64,000 bases of DNA. It comes from Setoptus koraiensis. Lineage: Eukaryota > Animalia > Arthropoda. The DNA is taken from positions 21,576,001 to 21,640,000 of the forward strand of contig CM106586.1 in NCBI GenBank assembly GCA_048013815.1, in the 5' to 3' direction. A model generated the notes under the pieces. That model saw only the letters and a list, made by a program, of their open reading frames with translations. It was not told the origin of the DNA and did not search any database. A program made the position numbers and the translations under genes. Below, one piece after another: positions 11,301 through 21,948 of the stretch. Position 1 is the first letter of the stretch. Every line of letters begins with the position of its first letter.

Positions 11301-11730
11301 TCTGCTCGTGTGCTGCTATAAAAGGGGAACTAGATCTGAGTGCGAGCGCAAATTTAAGTAAAGGTAACTGGTAAGGCTCTTCTAGAATTTCATCGGCTAT
11401 ATCGACAACATCCATGTATTGCCGATAATAATCATAACTCTGAATAGGATTACTGGTGTTATATCTGTCATGTACAATTTTGATGTAATTCCAAAAATAT
11501 TCGTTATTTTCTTGAGCCAACAGTTCGCTCGCCTCAAGATACAGTGGAGTGTATCTCCATTTAGAGTATAAGTTGATGTTTACGGATGAGGTGGACGTCT
11601 GTTTTAAATTACTATCATTATTCTGTTGTTGTTTGACCTCATTGATTTGGCATGTTATCTGCATGGAGATAAGTATTAGCATAAATAATGTGCTTAGGAT
11701 AACATTGTACAACTTGTTTCTTGCACCCAT
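8392..11730 (-). CDS. UGGT: UDP-glucose:glycoprotein glucosyltransferase, 1112 aa, internally shortened, intronless
   Basis: Signal peptide from the ATG at 11730. GYGLELAIKSTEYKAQDD, GT24 domain (INIFSLASGHLYER, FVDADQVVR, LSNLDQDLPN, WLWCETWC, TIDLCNNP) and C-terminal HTEL ER-retention signal. Confidence 0.96.
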   Translation of the reverse strand: MGARNKLYNVILSTLFMLILISMQITCQINEVKQQQNNDSNLKQTSTSSVNINLYSKWRYTPLYLEASELLAQENNEYFWNYIKIVHDRYNTSNPIQSYDYYRQYMDVVDIADEILEEPYQLPLLKFALALRSSSPFIAAHEQIALDRLGKNFGNCDAYIEFPQPPSDDSLDDVQSDSKNPYNITRHYSDINIYCNADDAAIVFEKIISTEDFNEKYYQPTIYKNDHIYYAHNNPKAKKFGLITSVIYGEIGSEAFIKLYDFAKKIADLGKMNFVVRHLPLSHKSNENSPKVSLGGYGLELAIKSTEYKAQDDTRVKGEESKLVVDGELERPDEVEDLVFSELIRNNKSDLFHEHILESIKQIPNLNESALADLSTQAVSLVLSVPVEQRLALMQDLNQNFPIVAKSLSELQVNKKLRLELEKNQILFARHFALAPQDTAVFMNGIYFDVDAMDIFAFTEVIKNKIKELYESGDDDERESDIERFLNQHYSDVHSEFIIPPAHPKEPHLKMQVIMDPITRGAQKIVPILITLSKVINLRIRILFNCDDSHTEMPLKNFYRFVLESEPNFRDGPNNVPSLKAHFRNMPPSSLLTLNMATPENWLVESVKTPFDLDNIHLAEIQGNSVWADFELEHLLLEGHCFDMSTSNPPRGLQFVLGTKNNPAYYDTIVMANLGYFQLKASPGAWSLRLRHGRSAEIYTISYVDGAEFILYQDKKLKSDVSIPALLTDFRSRFMKVRVSKKREKRHMDLLQDDGDESVHQSSNDIWGSIRSSVWSEPNQPNLDLEKSKENNLEARTTETNRINIFSLASGHLYERLARIMMLSVLKNTRTPVKFWFLKNYLSPTFKDFLPYYAQKYNFDYELVQYKWPRWLHQQSEKQRIIWGYKILFLDVLFPLDVKKIIFVDADQVVRADLKELRDLSLDGAPYGYTPFCDSRTDMDGFRFWKTGYWNSHLHGRKYHISALYVVDLQKFRKIAAGDRLRGQYQGLSQDPNSLSNLDQDLPNNMIHQVAIKSLPQEWLWCETWCDDQSKAKAKTIDLCNNPKTKEPKLTSARRIIKEWQDYDNEIKAVYEQFLGKPQNDSVITEAESTTDSIKDLNENVEDAIDHPHTEL

Positions 11731-12306
11731 GATGATTGTCAATGCCGAACGAACCTGGCCTCTATTATCATTCATATGTATATACATCGTCTCGGGCTAA
11801 TCAGATATCGGCAAATGGCAACTATTGATATTACGAGAGTGCAAAATAGATAACATAATCAATCATCAGGAAGCCTAATAAGACATTGTCGTTCCTTTTG
11901 CTCACAATTATATGTCTGGAATGATGCTCTATTTAAATGTTTTATTCTGTTAGAAGTGATAAGATTACCAAACTAATAATATTTGTCCGTGTAGGACCAG
12001 CGCAAAGTTGCAAAAGGAAACCCAAACACAACATTTAGCCTGTGGTGCTTTGGTGAAAACAGCTGAAATCAGCGTGCGAATCAGAAGAAGCGTGCATGAT
12101 ACACAGATTTTATTCACGCGAGATGTCGCTCCCATATGAGAGGGTTTCTCTTGTAGTGTTTATCACCGATAAGTTATCGGTATGAACGAAAATTTCCGTT
12201 CCCTATATCAAATTTTATATAGATGTTATGCCTTATTTATTATTATCATCTTCGCAGCGCCACCCTGTTATTATAAAATGTCACTCTTTTAAAATAATCA
12301 ACTTGA

Positions 12307-14800
12307 CTAAGCATCAGGTAAGACTGAACTTGTTTTTGTTATCGTGCTGGACACAGGCACTCGTTCCGTTATTGTCTTGAATTTCTGTTGAGATGCTGCT
12401 TCCTCTTTCGGTTTTGCGCCCGTCTTCTTAATTTTTGGAACTCTTATAGTAGTCCATTCTACTTGGTCTTTATCGCCTTGCTCTTCAGTTTCCTCTGGTT
12501 CAGCCTCAACAGTTTCCACATCGACGTTTGTTGGGTCCTCCGATTCTTCTTCCTCTGCACCTTCTTCTTTGTATTCGATAGGTACAGTACGCTGTCTTTC
12601 AATGTACTGAACCTCTTCATTTTCTTCCTCAACAGCTTTCTCAGGTTTTGGTTTCTGCTCTGATTTTTTCTCAGTTTCATGCTGCAAAAATTTATTGGGT
12701 GAAAAATTTATCGGCTCCTTATTTTCTTTCCTTGCAGACAGCACCGTAGGCTGCTCGTGTCTCTCATGGTGTCTCAAATACTGTGGCACAGGAACCGGAA
12801 CAGGATAAGGAGAATATGCATAGGAGTATGGCGAGTACGCGAAGGGACTTGGCATCATAGATGGAGGAGTCCACAATGGGTATGGACTATAATTGCTCTG
12901 GTTTTGATGTGATCTAATTTGGGGAACATAGTCATTGTAGGCTCGGGATAATTGAAATGGTGTCGGAGGATAAGGCATGGGCGGATAGATGTATCTCACA
13001 AATGGTGAGGCAGTGGGCGGCATCGGCGGCGGAATCGAGGGTCGCACACCATTGAATGAACCAGCCCAGTATGGATCGATAAAATTGATTGGCTGAGGTT
13101 GTGATGCTGGTGCGTAACGGACAAATCTTGGATTTTGGTAGATAGCCGGAGAGGTCGTGAAAAGATTGTTCACTGCTTCACCGGAAGTTGTCATCACGGG
13201 ACCTGCCATAGACTGGATGGTGTATGGCGATGAGACAAATATTGGTTCAGGCTTACTAACAACAACTGGAGGTGAAGCTGTTACAACTGGTTGCTGAATT
13301 GTTAATTGCTGAGGTGATTGCTGCTGGTTGGGTACTTGATTATATTGAATGAAAATGGGTGGAACAACAACTCGTGGATCTTGCTGACCATTCAGCTCTC
13401 TAGATTCCGTGGCGGTCTTGTTTCGGTTTTTACGCATACGTCTTTTCGACTTTGGTAATGATTCCTCTTCCGGCAGCACCGGTTGACTTTGTTGGTACAT
13501 TGGTGGTTGTGGTATGTTTAGCAGGTTGCTAGGATTGTGAGTTGGTGCGTTTATGTAGGTATTGTGATTTTCGCCGACATTGCCCATATTGACAGATTTG
13601 TTGGTGCCAATTTCAGCCTGAACAGTGCTTGGTGCTCGAGTTAGAGCAGCCAGTAGATGATTGTTTAGCATGTTGTGATTTGGCATCATCATGCGAGAAT
13701 CAAACTGATTGTTTGGTTGGTTATATTCGATTGGCATGATTTGGTTTTGGATTGTTTGTGGCTGTGGCAAGTTACTCATTTGATTGGCGAGACCTTGATA
13801 AGGGACAATGGTCTGTGTTGGCTCTTTGTAGGGTACAATTTGATCGTTGGATTCTGGTACCGAAATGGGAACTCCTGGCAATCCTGGTGTCTCTGTTAGT
13901 CCAGGTGTGTCTACGATAACAAGTTGTTTGTTGTTGTCGCTAGCACTTTCTTCGTCTTCTGGCAACTCCACTGAATATCCTTCCTTTGGCAATCTTTTTC
14001 TTGGTGTGTATTCAATCTGGCGTATTCTAGAGTCTAATGAACACAGTTTTCATGTAGCCAAAAATAATAAATAATAGAAAGAAAACAATCGATTGTTGAT
14101 GAATGTTTTATTGATCGATGAGTTATTAATAGAGTTCACCTATCGATAATTCAACTCCTACTTGTTCCCCCTAGCCAGTTACGTCTACCAAGACTTGCCA
14201 ACTAATGAAGTCAACTAGGGCCGATATCGAGCGAACTTTTCGCACGTCATTTGAGCGCGCGTTTGGAAGTCGCGCTAAGTTTAAAGTAACAAGATTTCAA
14301 CTTTGGACATGATTTCAGTGAAATCATCTCACTTTGGACCATCAATAAATCGTGCACTTACTTGGACTCTTCAAATCCTGGGGAGCTGGCTCTGATTGTT
14401 GTTGTGTTGGAGATACAACATTACTATTACTGTTTTTTAAAGGCTGGGCAGGGGGCTGCTGCTGAGAAGCCTCCGGCTGTTGATTCAATTCATCAGATTG
14501 AGATTGAACGGATACAGTGGGCACTTCGATGTCGATCGCCGGAGAGACATCGATATTATTGCTAGCAGTTGCCTGAGTAGATTGTGGCTCAGCTTCCTTA
14601 TAACTGTTCGGTTCTAACACTCTGATCTTTCTGATGATCCTCTTACCTGATGGAGTTTTGATTTTTCTTATCACCTTCTCTGTCTCAGCGGTAGCCGAAG
14701 ATCCTGCCTCCACAGAATCGTTTGCTTCCAATGTTGCTGTGATCAGGTGAAGGCCCACCACCAGCAATAGGAGAAAATGCTTAGAATATATCGAATTCAT
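12307..14800 (-). CDS. Orphan secreted Pro/Gln/Tyr-rich protein, about 721 aa; exons 14800-14362 and 14033-12307
   Basis: Signal peptide MNSIYSKHFLLLLVVGLHLITATLEA. The intron GTAAGT(14361)...CATTAG(14034) joins the two ORF-track ORFs in frame (phase 1). No recognisable domain. Confidence 0.75.
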
Positions 14801-17423
14801 TTGGTCAATCTTGAGAAAAGATATTCTCAAATTGATATTGTTTCAGTATAATGATCAGAATGATCAATAAACGAAATAGTGTCCGGGTGGGAAAATCTCT
14901 ATCACTAAGACTTAATCTTAGTATCTTTGGCGGGTATATTGTTGCGATCGATATCGGATAGGTTGGATTGATTAGTATCGGTTCTATTGGAAATTCTGGC
15001 AACTAGTGAATGCACAATTGCATCCGAGTCATTCTATGTGTTCCACTCGAAATATAGAAACTTACGAATTTTCGGTTTTACTTATCACTAGCATTAAAAA
15101 ATCTAGTAGAAGTAAGATCAAATACCTGAAATGATTTTTTTAAACAATAGAGGAGGAGTAGTAGAACAGTAGATGCGAACTGTGGTTCTATCTTTATCAG
15201 AACCAGTTACAACTTCAATTTTAAAAATAGATCATGACGTCAGAACATTTTACTCTTCCATACATTACGAAACATACGTTAAATATCACCAGTGAAAATC
15301 TAAAAGTCCAACAAAGCGAATGGAACCAGGAAAGTGTATCTCCAACATTGAGCCCAGATAGCGGGAGGTGAATATTTGCTCTTCCGGTCCCTCGCAAAAT
15401 TATCAGAGCGCGATATGATTAGCCACGCGAAGACAAGCATTGCCTCAATTTATTTCGAGTTTTCTGCTCAAAGGATCCAAGTCTAGATTTCTTTGGTTGA
15501 TAAGATTTATTTTCAACTGAGATGATTCGTATCAGCCTTCTGTGAAACTGCCTCTTTATCATATTTCAATAATGATAGCTAATCATTAGAGAGTCAAACT
15601 GCAGTTTGTTATGAGACGCTAATGAATCACAAGCGCTGCATCATAGTGTGAATGATGAATTTTCAAGTCATTGAAACAACACTCACATATACCGGTTGAT
15701 AGCGAACACTATCGTTTTACATCCGATTTCACTACTGCTACTCGTTCATCACAAGGGACATTTATTTCTGATGAAGTTCAGAGTAAAAATCGGAAGTTGA
15801 AAGTAGCTCCTCAAAGTGAGAGACAGTATGGCACACAATCACTCACAATTAGAGTTGCGCATCTAACAGTTGATGAAGACTTATTGTGCCATCGAATAAG
15901 ATTATACTCGGGACTGAACTGTTTTTGAGTGATTGGGTCTGGGGACCATGTGAAAATCCATCCTTTGGGATATTTTCTCACTCTACATTAGGAAAAGAGG
16001 GTCTGGTTCCCCCACCAACTTCACCACTGAATCCGGATTGCGTAGACTAGTCCGAAAATTGATAAACTCCTGCTCCAGCCTAAAAGCGAAAGTTTTCAAA
16101 AAGCGAGATACAGCCATTGTCAAGCATCTGTACCCAAGATTAAGCGATTGTCCTCAAATGTGCCTATATTTACAATGGCTGACGACAGAAAATACAGGTG
16201 AATATGGTATATGCATCGATTTATAGTATCTAGTCATTATCCAGGATTTGGAAATATCTATCAAAATCTTTTTTCCCAGCAAAATGACAACTGGCGATTT
16301 GGAAAAGCAATTCAGCACAATCATCTACACTTTTCGTGTTTACCACACCAGATATCTTTGATTGTTATGTCTGCTGAAAGACTGATGATGCTCTTGAATA
16401 TTTGTAGTTGTACAATGTAATGTCAGTTGTGAACCAAAGAATCAGTTTCTCGGCATGAATGAAAATTTAGTTGGCACTCCTGTACCCAGCGATTACGTAT
16501 TAGCTAACTCGCACCAAGGCTCAACTATTTAGCTAGTCAAAGGTCTCGGAAACTGATGGAAGCCTACAAAAGGATTGTCTGCACTGATCTCCAATTCATA
16601 ACTAGTTCATTTGAAAGTTGATGAATGTTGATCTTCGATTGTGCCAGTTTATTATGTTTGCTGTTTATTAATGCGAGGGAGGAGAACAAGCCGAGCCCTC
16701 GTCTATTAGTTTCTATGCATTCAATGGAGTCTCTCATCAAATTTGACTATTGTTATCTGCACAAACAATACAAACATGTTGATATTAATGTGTCGAGATC
16801 ATTATGCACTTTGTCGCCAATCAACATACACCCGATTGCGAATTAGTCACTCGTATATGTCACTTTCGGTAACTTGGTCAATATGATGAATATATTTTTT
16901 TTTGTGAGCCTCATTTGAATCGATCAACAATTATCGCTTTGAGTAGCTGAGCCACGCAAGCATCGCCGATCTGCATAAATTTATTATGGAAATCGTCGTC
17001 GAATAGAAGCATATGCATATGAATGGCTGCTCATTTATTATTGCTGACACAATGCGACAAATGTAACACAATCAACATTTTTGATGAGCTGACAGGTGAC
17101 GCCATGTCACATATTGACTCATTGTATCGGCTGTCTGATATCTCTACTTGATCCCTGTTTCTAGCTGACAATCCTCAAGGTCAAAAAGAAATCCATTCAG
17201 TTGCTATTATACTTTTATCATGCAACTTCGATAACAATTGTGATCGAACTAACACAACGAGATTATTTGAGTATTTAAGCGTGATACTCGTCAGTCATTC
17301 GCAGCTAACATCAACATCGACTTTACAGCAAAAATCAACGAAGCATATCATTAAAACCTCAGGATAATCTACTTCTCACTCTACTATCTCCGAAAAAGAC
17401 CCCCAAAAAAAAAACAAAACATC

Positions 17424-17648
17424 ATGTCTAAGCTAAGCGCCTACGTTTTAACTTTGGTAGTTCTTGTTGCATTAATTCAAATGACTTCCGCCCAAGGTAC
17501 TCCACCGGCCCCAGCACCAGCACCAGCTCCAGCTGCAGGCCCACCAGCAGGAGCCCCAGCTGATCCAAATTGTCCATTTGCTCGCGCTCGTGCAGCATTA
17601 TCCAACATGCGACAAAATCTAGTGAATTTGCCATCTAGGTTGGGCTAA
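17424..17648 (+). CDS. Small secreted Pro/Ala-rich peptide, 74 aa
   Basis: Signal peptide MSKLSAYVLTLVVLVALIQMTSA, A-rich Kozak context (AAACATCATG), PAPAPAPAP linker, one Cys. A TATA-like TATTTAAG lies at about 17272. Confidence 0.75.
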   Translation: MSKLSAYVLTLVVLVALIQMTSAQGTPPAPAPAPAPAAGPPAGAPADPNCPFARARAALSNMRQNLVNLPSRLG

Positions 17649-18225
17649 TAGACGGAACACTGGAAATCGCAGCACTCACAGATCTAGCTGGACATCCCTT
17701 TAGATGAATGAAGATTTATTTGCGTCAACTTTTGATTCTTTCATAGGGAACACATCAGTTGGCGCAAACCTTTTTTCAACATCATACGATAAGTCCATGA
17801 AGTAACCTACAACCGACACAATTACCATGACCCGAACGTACCAGTTTAATCCATTCTGATCATCACATTACAATGTTAGCAACTTGACGACCACGGCAAA
17901 ACTAGGAATGTTCTGAATAGTTAACTAAGCGTTGAGACCAAAATCAAAGCTTGTGGAACTTTCTACGACGCCTACTGACATTGTACAACTGGTTGTCAGT
18001 GGTGCATGAAAATGCAGATATCGTAAACAATGTTACTTGATGAAATTTGAAATTGAATAATAAAAATAAAAGAACAAACTAGTTTCTGTGACTGTGACCT
18101 ATAAGTTATTGAAGTGTTCCTCTGGTAATGTACATTTATTTTGAGTGCTTTTGCTTTGACAAGAACATATTTGTCTGAGAGAACATGATTAGTAATCATG
18201 AGTTTTAGGCTAATCATTGATTATC

Positions 18226-18948
18226 CTAAAACTCTGCAGCTGGGCATATACTATTGTTGAGACACTGCGAACACTTTGGCCTAAGAGGTGTACATACGGT
18301 CTGTCCAAAACCAACTAAAAGATGATTGATCTCTGCCCAATAATCTCTAGGCAGCCAACTTTCCAGGGCTTTTCTCGTATCTTCGGGAGTTTTAGTTTTC
18401 TTTGGAACCCATTGAAGACGCTGGGCTATTCTGTGTACGTGAGTGTCGACTCCAATTCCCGACAGAACATTCCAGGCTTCCAACATGCATAAATGAGCCA
18501 TCTTTGGACCAACTCCAGGCAACTTGCACAAGTCCTCAAGAGTTTTCGGTATGTCTGAGTTGTATTCGTCCTTTAAAATTTGTGCCACTTTCTTGATATA
18601 AGTGGCCTTGCGACGATAAAATCCCACTGGATAAATCATGGATTCTATCTCTTTCTCACTCTTTTGTAGTATTCCGTCGACATTGCCACAACCCTCCTCT
18701 TTGAGCTTTTGAACTGCACTCCAGGTGATCGGGTCTTTCGTTTGGCTAGACAACATTAATGATACAAGTATCTGAAAGCGTCTATCAACCCCATCGGCCG
18801 TGTGCACCTGATCACAACCCATCGTATCAACTGGAGCTGGGTATTTAGCGCGCACATCTCGTATGTTGGCTATTGTGGCCTCCCAATTTGCTGGGGGACT
18901 TCCTATTAATATCGGATTTTTAGGAATAGAGCTGGATGCACGCGGCAT
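18226..18948 (-). CDS. NTHL1: Endonuclease III-like DNA glycosylase, 240 aa
   Basis: LMLSSQTKD, VGFYRRKA, HhH motif LPGVGPKMA, VDTHVHRI, and a 4Fe-4S motif C-x6-C-x2-C-x5-C (CTPLRPKCSQCLNNSIC). Confidence 0.96.
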   Translation of the reverse strand: MPRASSSIPKNPILIGSPPANWEATIANIRDVRAKYPAPVDTMGCDQVHTADGVDRRFQILVSLMLSSQTKDPITWSAVQKLKEEGCGNVDGILQKSEKEIESMIYPVGFYRRKATYIKKVAQILKDEYNSDIPKTLEDLCKLPGVGPKMAHLCMLEAWNVLSGIGVDTHVHRIAQRLQWVPKKTKTPEDTRKALESWLPRDYWAEINHLLVGFGQTVCTPLRPKCSQCLNNSICPAAEF

Positions 18949-18963
18949 CTCGCAGATGAACCG

Positions 18964-19068
18964 GATTGCTGTGATATTTCTAATGATTGCTGTGATATTT
19001 CTGATGATTGCTGTGATATTTCTGATGATTGCTGTGATATCTCTGATGATTGCTGTGATATTTCTAAT
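18964..19068. repeat. Tandem repeat, 5 x 21 bp (GATTGCTGTGATATTTCTRAT)
   Basis: Five adjacent near-identical units read directly, ending about 15 bp upstream of the NTHL1 ATG. Confidence 0.95.
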
Positions 19069-19537
19069 ATCAAAACAAAAAAAAATACCAATCTTGGAGA
19101 TTGAGTTGGTTGGTCACAAAATATGCACGTGTGATTATTGGGTCGGGCGAGCGCAGCGAGCTAAATCTATCAGTTGAAATTTTTCTTTTTCCCCCCTTTT
19201 GCAGCAACAATTCATATTCAATTTTCTCCTCCGAAGATCAGCTGTGGTGCTCGTGCTCCCATCAGGACGGATTTCACGAGATGTGAGTTGTTAGACCGCT
19301 GAAGAGGGTGGTTGTCGAAGTGGAACAGGACACTACTGATTATTTTTTCGTGGTTTATTACATCCTTATTGTAGGCGCCATATTTATCACCATATTTACT
19401 CATTACAATGTCACCAACCATTAATCACCTGATTGATTACTCGATCATAATTACTGCTCGTGAGTTGTTAAGAATCAACCAACCAAAACATCATTCATAT
19501 TATCCTTGCCAAAGCCAACGGTTGTCAATCGAACAAT

Positions 19538-19806
19538 GACGGTAATGTTATCTGTGATACTTAAATCAGCAGAATGGATCCGAAAATCGTACAACAAAAC
19601 CATCATGCAGATCATCGAAAAAGCCAATCACAATATTGTTGTAACGAGCACCATTATCGACGCTCACCTTATTCAAGGGGATGCACGAGCTAGGATGTTC
19701 GCAAAAGTTTCGCAATGGCTCGGCCAGGAAGGTGCACCACGATAGGCAATTGAAATTTGGACAAGACTTTAATGGCGACAATTACCATCACGTTGATGCT
19801 AGTCCA
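19538..19806 (+). pseudogene. Duplicated fragment of the DUF4807/F58A4.6-like pseudogene at 24974-25253
   Basis: Matches 24974-25253 with 5 substitutions and one 11-bp deletion. It abuts the CRELD remnant directly. Confidence 0.85.
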
Positions 19807-20529
19807 CATCGGATTTGGATGACGGAAAACAATCTAATAGTACCTGTTTGAAGTGTGATCAAGCCTGTGTTCGATGTGATGGACCAGGACCACTAAATTG
19901 TCAAGCTTGTGCAAAGGGTTACAAAAACCCACAATGAGAATGGTTGTGTCGATATAAATGAATGCGAATTAGAAGCCGATGGCCAAGACAGAAGGAACTG
20001 TCATGGCAACACCTACTGTGTTAACACGGAGGGCTCCTCCGAATGTCAAGGTACGTAACATCAACGCCAGAGAGGTGATGATGAGTATTTGCAACTCATT
20101 AATGTGTTGTACATGTTTGCACCAATATCCTATCAACTCACCACAATGGATTCCTTCTGCAAATATTATGTATAAATGTGTTTAAAATAACTTTCTGCAT
20201 ACACAGAGTGTCACATATAGTGTCAAGGTTGCTATGGATTTGGTTCAACTATGTGCATTAACTGCGCCTCGCGCTATCAGACCCATGGTAATTCATGCCA
20301 GAAAGAAGGAACTCAACAGGCTGATAGTAGTGGTTGGATAGCATAATTTCAGGACCCAACGAGCAACTATTATATGTACTTGTTAGCGTTTCTTGTGGCT
20401 GTCATAATATTCAATCAGAACCACAAGATACTAGCCTTCTTCTCTGTGGGCTTGATAATTTTCATAACACTGACAGAGACTAACAAGGGCATTCCCTCCA
20501 CAGATACACTCTTGTCGGCATCAAATTGA
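19807..20529 (+). pseudogene. CRELD1: CRELD1-like (cysteine-rich with EGF-like domains) 3' remnant
   Basis: CLKCDQACVRCDGPGPLNCQACAKGY, a frameshift near 19930, then GCVDINECE...CHGNTYCVNTEGSSECQ. An intron at 20051-20206 is followed by ECHI*CQGCYGFGSTMCINCASRY. In-frame stops at 20218 and 20344, then two hydrophobic helices as in CRELD1. Confidence 0.8.
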
Positions 20530-20540
20530 AATGCTGTCTT

Positions 20541-20660
20541 ACAAGGTAAACCTCCTTTCCAGGTACAAAAGATTCCAACTGACTATAGCCTAAATCTTCT
20601 CTCCTGATCAAGCTGAGCAAGAAAAGGTATATAAAAACCTCAACTAAAGTCTAGTTTTTG
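20541..20660 (+). repeat. Dispersed 120-bp repeat, copy B
   Basis: Ungapped 101/120 identity to 48551-48670. Its first 16 nt match the reverse complement of 21113-21128 exactly. Confidence 0.85.
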
Positions 20661-20999
20661 GAATAATCGTAATATTTTCCAGAACTCTATTGTTTTGCTT
20701 CTATTCGTCGCGAGAATATAGTATAAGGTGATTTGAGTTGAAATAAAGTGTCAATTTTGACAATTATTTGATACCAAAAAATCCACAAATTTGTTGAAAT
20801 ACGCCCATTTACTACTTTACGAATACGCTGGCTGTATTAATTACGCTAGGAATTACCAACCAACCAACCAATCAACCAAAATTTTCATTATTAGTCCTGA
20901 TATTTACTGAAATTTATTTTCCACCCCAAGCATCATCCGTAGATGCTTGAGGGACTATTGTGGATCCAAATAGTGGGTCTAACTTCAGAAAATACGAAG

Positions 21000-21128
21000 A
21001 AAAATCTAGAATTTTTTTGGCCGAAGTTGGGAACGAGACTAGCGTATTCCTGTTCTCGGTACACTGGAGAGTTCATAAAGACTATAGTGGGCGTATTCTG
21101 AGTGTCACCCCTAGGAGGTTTACCTTGT
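21000..21128 (-). repeat. Dispersed repeat, diverged inverted copy A
   Basis: Starts with ACAAGGTAAACCTCCT (exact match to copy B) and keeps collinear patches (ACTATAG, CTCTCC, CAACT, CTAG-TTTT). Confidence 0.6.
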
Positions 21129-21948
21129 TAGTATGGTTGTCAGTCCTTGATGATACTGGATTTTTGGTAATTAGGCGATTTGTCATAGAAAGGGGGATAC
21201 GTCAGCACTTGATATCGACACAAGTATTCAGTATTTGGTTGGATATGAAGCTGAGTTGCTGAAAAGTCGGTTCCCATTACTGGACTAGAGATCACTGGCG
21301 GGCATGTTAATTTAGACAGATCGATGAAAACAGATTCTCTAGTTGATTGCTACAATTGATTGTCGCGTGAGATCTTTGCGTTGTTCGCATCAGATTACTT
21401 TACTATAATCACCACATTGGTTACGCAATGAGTTTGTGATGAGCATCCGCAATCATTAGTTTGATTTTCATTTCGATATGGGTCCTGCTGACGCAACAAA
21501 ATAATGAAAAGTCGTTGTGGGTGTTTTTGACAATAGACAATAGATAGATGGCGTTCAATATGCAATTAGAAATGATAGAAATCTCTCGCCAAAATACAAA
21601 CTACTAACAAATTGATCACCCCGGGAAGTGAGCAAACAGAAAGTGTAAGTTAGCATGGCAGTCATGTGACTGTCAATGTATAGCGGTTCGAGCTATTTAG
21701 TTCTATCATCACAGTTTTTATTTCCATGGTGACCTAGGGTCCAACAAACTAATCAGATTTGTGTCTGTCTGATGTAATCGCCACTGCCATAAATTGCTTT
21801 CTGTATACAATTGCCGTTGCCTATAATTCTTGTTGCCTAGTCATTGCAAGGATATTCATGCACCGAGTTACTCCACCACTTTCGTCTTACCAAATCAATT
21901 AGAGGAACCATGCGATCATTTAGGACTTTAGCTATTTTTCAATTACAG

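Noticed and set aside
18964-19068. CRISPR-like array
   Set aside because: The repeats are contiguous with no spacers, the genome is eukaryotic and there are no cas genes.
20541-21128. Kinesin motor pseudogene (LRIRPL; IFSPDQAEQEKVY)
   Set aside because: Only short motif-like resemblances in different frames and strands, and no P-loop (GQTGSGKT). Not supportable.
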